Shown here piece after piece: positions 28,088-32,000 of a stretch of 32,000 nucleotides of DNA (positions are counted from its first letter, which is position 1; every line of letters starts with the position of its first letter). This DNA comes from Promethearchaeum syntrophicum. Its GTDB lineage: Archaea; Asgardarchaeota; Lokiarchaeia; Sigyniarchaeales; Promethearchaeaceae. The position numbers and the translations under genes are program-made. Below the pieces are notes generated by a model, which was not told where the DNA came from, did not search any database, and saw nothing but the letters and a program-made list of their open reading frames with translations. The stretch lies in NCBI RefSeq assembly GCF_008000775.2, contig NZ_CP042905.2, forward strand, positions 30,001 to 62,000, in the 5' to 3' direction.

Positions 28088-28170
28088 CGCGGTGGGAGGG
28101 ACTTGAACCCTCGCGCACAGATGTGCACTGGATTAGCAGTCCAGCATCGTAACCACTTGATTACCACCGC
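28088..28170 (-). tRNA. tRNA-Ser(GCU)
   Basis: GCGGUGGUAAUCAAGUGGUUACGAUGCUGGACUGCUAAUCCAGUGCACAUCUGUGCGCGAGGGUUCAAGUCCCUCCCACCGCG: 7-bp acceptor, anticodon stem CUGGA/UCCAG with GCU, long variable arm GCACA..UGUGC, T-stem GAGGG/CCCUC, discriminator G, no encoded CCA. Confidence 0.95.
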
Positions 28171-28222
28171 ATTGAAATTTTTTTAAAATTCCAGATTAAA
28201 AAAACTTTCATTTCAAAAAAAA

Positions 28223-29566
28223 TTAATGGTATTTTTTTTGTTGTTTGAAGGCAATAATTATCTCGCTAATTTTCTCAAACCCAGTTTTATCCAGGGCAGA
28301 AATTGACACATTCGGAATCTCGGGATAAATTTCACGAATTTTTTCGACTCTTTTTTGGAGGAACTCCTCGGACAATTCATCAATTTTGTTTAAAACTAAA
28401 ACTCTCGGGATTTCCATGACCAAAATTTGAGCCATTATGGTGAAAGTAGTTCTAATTTTGTCCAAGATAGCCTCAAATTTCGGTTCTGAGATATCAACGA
28501 TTAGGAGGAGTAAATCTGAAAACTGGAATTCTTCCAATGTTGATAGGAAAGCGTTGATCAAAGCGGGAGACATATCCATAATGAAACCGACTGAATCTGT
28601 TATTATAACTTCTTGTCCATCCCATTTTCCATTCTCTTTGAAAGAAGGAAAAACGACCTTTCGTGAAACTGGAGTAATTGTAGTAAATTCTTGTTGGGCG
28701 GTTTCAAAACGTGATTTAGCTAATTGATTTAGAATGGTAGATTTTCCTGCGTTTGTATACCCAATCAATCCAACATTAAAAAATTTGGATCTTCCTTTTC
28801 TACGCAGGTTTCTTCTTTTAGAAATTACTTTGAGCTCATCCCGAATCTTCTTCTTTCGCCCGCGATAAGCTTGCATTTTGGGTTCCCACCCCTTGCGTCC
28901 TTTTCCTTTAAAATCTCTCCCTTGTTTTTCTTCTAAATGTTGTCCGAGTTCTTTTTTTATAATATTTGTTTCAAGATTTAGGCGCGCGAGTTCAATTTGT
29001 AATTTACTTTCGTGAGTTTGGGCATGTCTTTCAAAGATTTCTAAAACTAATTCATCGCGATCAATAACTTTTAGATCCCAAATTTTTGTGAGATTCAATC
29101 GGTGCATATTTCCCAGACGATTATTAAAAATAATGGTTATATCCTTTCGTTTGTGAATTGTTTCGGGAAAATCAAATTCAATATTATCTTCCTTATTTTC
29201 ATATTCTTCAAAGGGATTACCATTTTCATCGAATTCTTCTGATTCTAAGAGTTCTTCGACATATTGATTATGATGGTGATTGAAAAAGAAATTATCTATT
29301 CCTGTGTTAATTAATTCAACTTTACCTTTTCCTAGAAAAAACTTAGGATTAATATGGTCCAAATTTTGAGGGATAATGCTAATAATATTATATCCCGCAG
29401 TTTTCGCAAGACCCTTCATTTCATCTATATCATAAGGGAATAAAGTGGGACAATATACCTGGACAACAATTGCTGTTTTTAGTAAACTATTGATCATATT
29501 CAGGTTTCTTGCCTCTTTTACGGAAATACACCATTGAATCTGAAGAATCTTGTGACTTTGGTGCAT
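28223..29566 (-). CDS. hflX: HflX-family ribosome-associated GTPase
   Basis: NVGLIGYTNAGKSTILNQLAKSRFETAQQEFTTITPVSRKVVFPS, VIITDSVGFIMDMSPALINAFLSTLEE, VLNKIDEL; upstream VELARLNLETNI. Likely start MINSLLKTA at 29497. Confidence 0.93.
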   Translation of the reverse strand: MHQSHKILQIQWCISVKEARNLNMINSLLKTAIVVQVYCPTLFPYDIDEMKGLAKTAGYNIISIIPQNLDHINPKFFLGKGKVELINTGIDNFFFNHHHNQYVEELLESEEFDENGNPFEEYENKEDNIEFDFPETIHKRKDITIIFNNRLGNMHRLNLTKIWDLKVIDRDELVLEIFERHAQTHESKLQIELARLNLETNIIKKELGQHLEEKQGRDFKGKGRKGWEPKMQAYRGRKKKIRDELKVISKRRNLRRKGRSKFFNVGLIGYTNAGKSTILNQLAKSRFETAQQEFTTITPVSRKVVFPSFKENGKWDGQEVIITDSVGFIMDMSPALINAFLSTLEEFQFSDLLLLIVDISEPKFEAILDKIRTTFTIMAQILVMEIPRVLVLNKIDELSEEFLQKRVEKIREIYPEIPNVSISALDKTGFEKISEIIIAFKQQKKYH

Positions 29567-30086
29567 ATTGCATTTTATTGTCCTCTTCTTCTTCTTGAAA
29601 ATCTTCTGTTTCTACAAGAGTTATTTTATATTTCTTTTCAATTCTTCTGGCTAATTTAATATTTAGTTGGGTGGTTCCTTTTTCTATCCGATGATAGTAA
29701 TTTTCTTTAATAAAAAGAGAGTTAGCGAATTCTTTAGCCGATAATCCCTCTTTATTTCTACATTGGACAAGAAGTTTGATATAATTATCAACAATTTTCA
29801 GATTAGAAATATTTTCCCGCTTTTTATATGTGCTTGGTCTTGAAGGCGGTTTATAGGCTTTTTGTGTAGGTTTAGATTTTTTTGAAGAATATATATCTCG
29901 AAATTTGCTAGCATTTCTGGTTGGTTTTCTTGAAGATCTTTCATAATTTGGTTCTTCTCCAACATCTTTACAATCATTACAAACTTCCATCAGTACCCCT
30001 TCGATTTTTCTACGGAATAATGAATGGGCTTCTCGTCCACAGACTTCACACTCTTTTAGCACTGGCATAGTAATTCCACTTATCAA
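29487..30086 (-). CDS. Archaeal MBF1-like protein (N-terminal zinc ribbon plus HTH_3)
   Basis: CEVCGREAHSLFRRKIEGVLMEVCNDCKDVG zinc ribbon; VDNYIKLLVQCRNKEGLSAKEFANSLFIKENYYHRIEKGTTQLNIKLARRIEKKYKITLVE HTH. Likely start MPVLKECEVC at about 30068. Confidence 0.88.
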   Translation of the reverse strand: MISGITMPVLKECEVCGREAHSLFRRKIEGVLMEVCNDCKDVGEEPNYERSSRKPTRNASKFRDIYSSKKSKPTQKAYKPPSRPSTYKKRENISNLKIVDNYIKLLVQCRNKEGLSAKEFANSLFIKENYYHRIEKGTTQLNIKLARRIEKKYKITLVETEDFQEEEEDNKMQYAPKSQDSSDSMVYFRKRGKKPEYDQ

Positions 30087-30190
30087 GAATTAAAAAGAAT
30101 AAAAAAGTATTCTTCTCATATTTAAATATATTTTTTCCCAAAAAAATTCTGTTATTTGTAAAAAAAAAAATCCCATTTTCATCTAAGGGA

Positions 30191-30397
30191 TTATCCACCA
30201 GCTATCCTAGGCAATATTAAAATTTCATCATCTTTTTCCACAAAATCAGAAGGTTCTACTTTCTTACCATTGATTAAGACGACAAAATATCTTGATTCAA
30301 GATTTAATTTAGTTAGTACATCATATACTTTCTGTGGATTTTTGACTCGATAAGTGGTCATGGATGACACTTCTTCGATTTTTTCGATATTCTGCAA
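30191..30397 (-). CDS. Ubiquitin-like small modifier/MoaD-ThiS family protein with C-terminal GG
   Basis: SRYFVVLINGKKVEPSDFVEKDDEILILPRIAGG*, a beta-grasp signature and terminal diglycine. True start may be MTTYRVKNP. Confidence 0.8.
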   Translation of the reverse strand: MQNIEKIEEVSSMTTYRVKNPQKVYDVLTKLNLESRYFVVLINGKKVEPSDFVEKDDEILILPRIAGG

Positions 30398-30508
30398 AAT
30401 TATTCACCCTCCCTGTTTTTTGTTTTCGATAAAGTAATCTTAAAACAATGATAAAAAGGTTACTAATTTGTAAAATAAGGTGTTAATAAAAAAACAAAAT
30501 TCTAATAA

Positions 30509-31201
30509 TTATTTCTTCTTTTTTCTTTTTTGTTTTACTTTCTTCCCTTTTTCTTTTTCATTTGGAACGTTATTGTTGATAAATCTTTGTGTAATATCTT
30601 TTTCCAAACAATTTTGAGAATACTCACTTAAAATTTGATTCAATAAACCAATTCCATCAAAATCATAGGTTTTAGCTAAAGAAAGATCATTTTCAAATAG
30701 CTTATCAATAATTGTCAAAGCTTCAACGGGAATATTTAAGTTAAAATCCATAGAAAAATAATCTTCCGTTTGTATTGAATCCAAAATCTTTGCTAATTGT
30801 GGAGAAAATCCAGCAAAATTTGGGATAATCCCTTTCTTCATCCCTTTTAAAAGATCAGAATTGCTGGTATTTATTTCATCTAAGTAAATACTGAATAATT
30901 CCGTAATTTCTGATAAAATTGCATGACTAGTTGTCGGATCGAATCCTGTCGATATTAATAATAAATCTACTTGCCCGATATGATCAAAATCGACCGTTTC
31001 AAAATCCAATAATGAATTTCCTAAACTTATTGATTTTAATTCATTCATTTTAGAACTTTGAAGAAAGGAGTTAGAAAAGGATTTTAGCGCGGAGAAAAAT
31101 GAGAGTAATAAACTTTCATCTATATTTTTATTGCTATAGTCTTTGGAATAAATAGGTATTCCATACTTATCTGCAATAAGTACTGCATCTATATCTCCCA
31201 T
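30509..31201 (-). CDS. Hypothetical protein, possible longin/roadblock-like domain with Lys-rich tail
   Basis: MGDIDAVLIADKYGIPIYSKDYSNKNIDESLLLSFFSALKSFSNSFL...MNELKSISLGNSLLDFETVDFDHIGQVDLLLIS; pattern resembles longin-type Asgard proteins. C-terminus EKEKGKKVKQKRKKKK. Confidence 0.5.
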   Translation of the reverse strand: MGDIDAVLIADKYGIPIYSKDYSNKNIDESLLLSFFSALKSFSNSFLQSSKMNELKSISLGNSLLDFETVDFDHIGQVDLLLISTGFDPTTSHAILSEITELFSIYLDEINTSNSDLLKGMKKGIIPNFAGFSPQLAKILDSIQTEDYFSMDFNLNIPVEALTIIDKLFENDLSLAKTYDFDGIGLLNQILSEYSQNCLEKDITQRFINNNVPNEKEKGKKVKQKRKKKK

Positions 31202-31266
31202 GATATCCCTTAATTCCTTCCCGTAAAAATAAATGAAAGTATAGAAAAATAAAGGTTAACATTATC

Positions 31267-32000
31267 TTAAAATATTGCTTTAACGTCTTTCAAAAATTCA
31301 GCAAGATGGGATTTTTTGATATGAGGCATTAATACAACTCTTAAGAGATTCCACTGTTTGAATACGCCTAATGCCCACCCTTTCTGTCGAAGTAGCGAAT
31401 TAAATCTATCTAAAGACATATTTGCTTTGGAAGACATCTGAATTCCTAAAACATTCATGGTTGGTTCAGTTGCGATTTTCAATTCAGGAATTTCCTCAAT
31501 TTGATCTTTAAGGTAATAAGTATTTTCTAAACTGTGTCTCACATTTTCTACGAACCCTTGTTTTCCCATAAACTGCATTAATCCCCAAAATGATATAGCT
31601 GAGGCTCCTGGGCGCGTTCCAAGAATATTATAAGATGGAAATGCTCCACCTGCGAGATAAGGTATTTCAAACTTGAAGGAATTTACATTCGAATCTTTAA
31701 CGAGTAATGATCCACTAGGATTAACCGACATTCCCATTTTGTGAGGATCCACTGTATAACTACAAATTTCTGGAACTTTTAGATTGTATGGAGGAAAATC
31801 ATAACCTAATTCTTCCATAAACGGAACAACCAATCCACCAAAGGCCGCATCTACGTGGAAATACTTATTATATTTCCCTGCTAACTTTCCAATTTTTTCA
31901 ATGGGATCAATCAATCCAAGTGCACTCGTTCCTAGTATTCCTACTAATGCTATTGTGTTATCATCAATTAACGATTCATAATGGTCGAAATCCAAATGAT
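31267..32000 (-). CDS. MfnA-like PLP-dependent tyrosine/aspartate/glutamate decarboxylase (5' end outside window)
   Basis: GILGTSALGLIDPIEKIGKLAGKYNKYFHVDAAFGGLVVPFMEELG...ICSYTVDPHKMGMSVNPSGSLLVKD (PLP lysine in DPHK) and C-terminal LLRVVLMPHIKKSHLAEFLKDV. Confidence 0.88.
   Translation of the reverse strand, partial: HLDFDHYESLIDDNTIALVGILGTSALGLIDPIEKIGKLAGKYNKYFHVDAAFGGLVVPFMEELGYDFPPYNLKVPEICSYTVDPHKMGMSVNPSGSLLVKDSNVNSFKFEIPYLAGGAFPSYNILGTRPGASAISFWGLMQFMGKQGFVENVRHSLENTYYLKDQIEEIPELKIATEPTMNVLGIQMSSKANMSLDRFNSLLRQKGWALGVFKQWNLLRVVLMPHIKKSHLAEFLKDVKAIF

Overview
AT-rich window, most likely archaeal. Support: a zinc-ribbon plus HTH MBF1-type protein, a SAMP/MoaD-like protein ending in GG, an MfnA-like decarboxylase, a tRNA-Ser without encoded CCA, and a possible longin/roadblock-like protein. 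The overall style resembles Asgard/Promethearchaeota, but that is an inference. The main theme is lysine metabolism. A tight minus-strand operon kdd-kamA-kamB-kamC-kamD-kamE (2710-9931) and a separate kal-kce pair (24535-25751) together encode the core of bacterial-type lysine fermentation, from lysine to crotonyl-CoA. Between them lies a divergent pair of saccharopine-pathway-like genes, an LKR-like domain on minus (17387-18685) and a saccharopine dehydrogenase on plus (18809-20128). A 2174-aa surface protein gene (10663-17187) sits between the two lysine loci. It encodes an 8-repeat beta-propeller, about 50 EF-hand-loop-like 23-aa TSP3-type repeats, 10 longer 'DGW/YE...DGLTNLEE' modules, and a C-terminal PGF-like membrane anchor. 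It is bracketed by the intact LKR-like gene and a decayed, internally deleted second copy of it (10052-about 10370). A second rearrangement zone lies at 25.7-28.2 kb. It contains a 59-bp near-identical copy of the kal leader and a duplicated tRNA-Ser 3' end plus flank, which may mark an integration or duplication footprint. Other genes: a P-type cation ATPase (cut by the left edge), rlmN, split L-serine dehydratase, GNAT, hflX, MBF1, and an MfnA-like decarboxylase (cut by the right edge).
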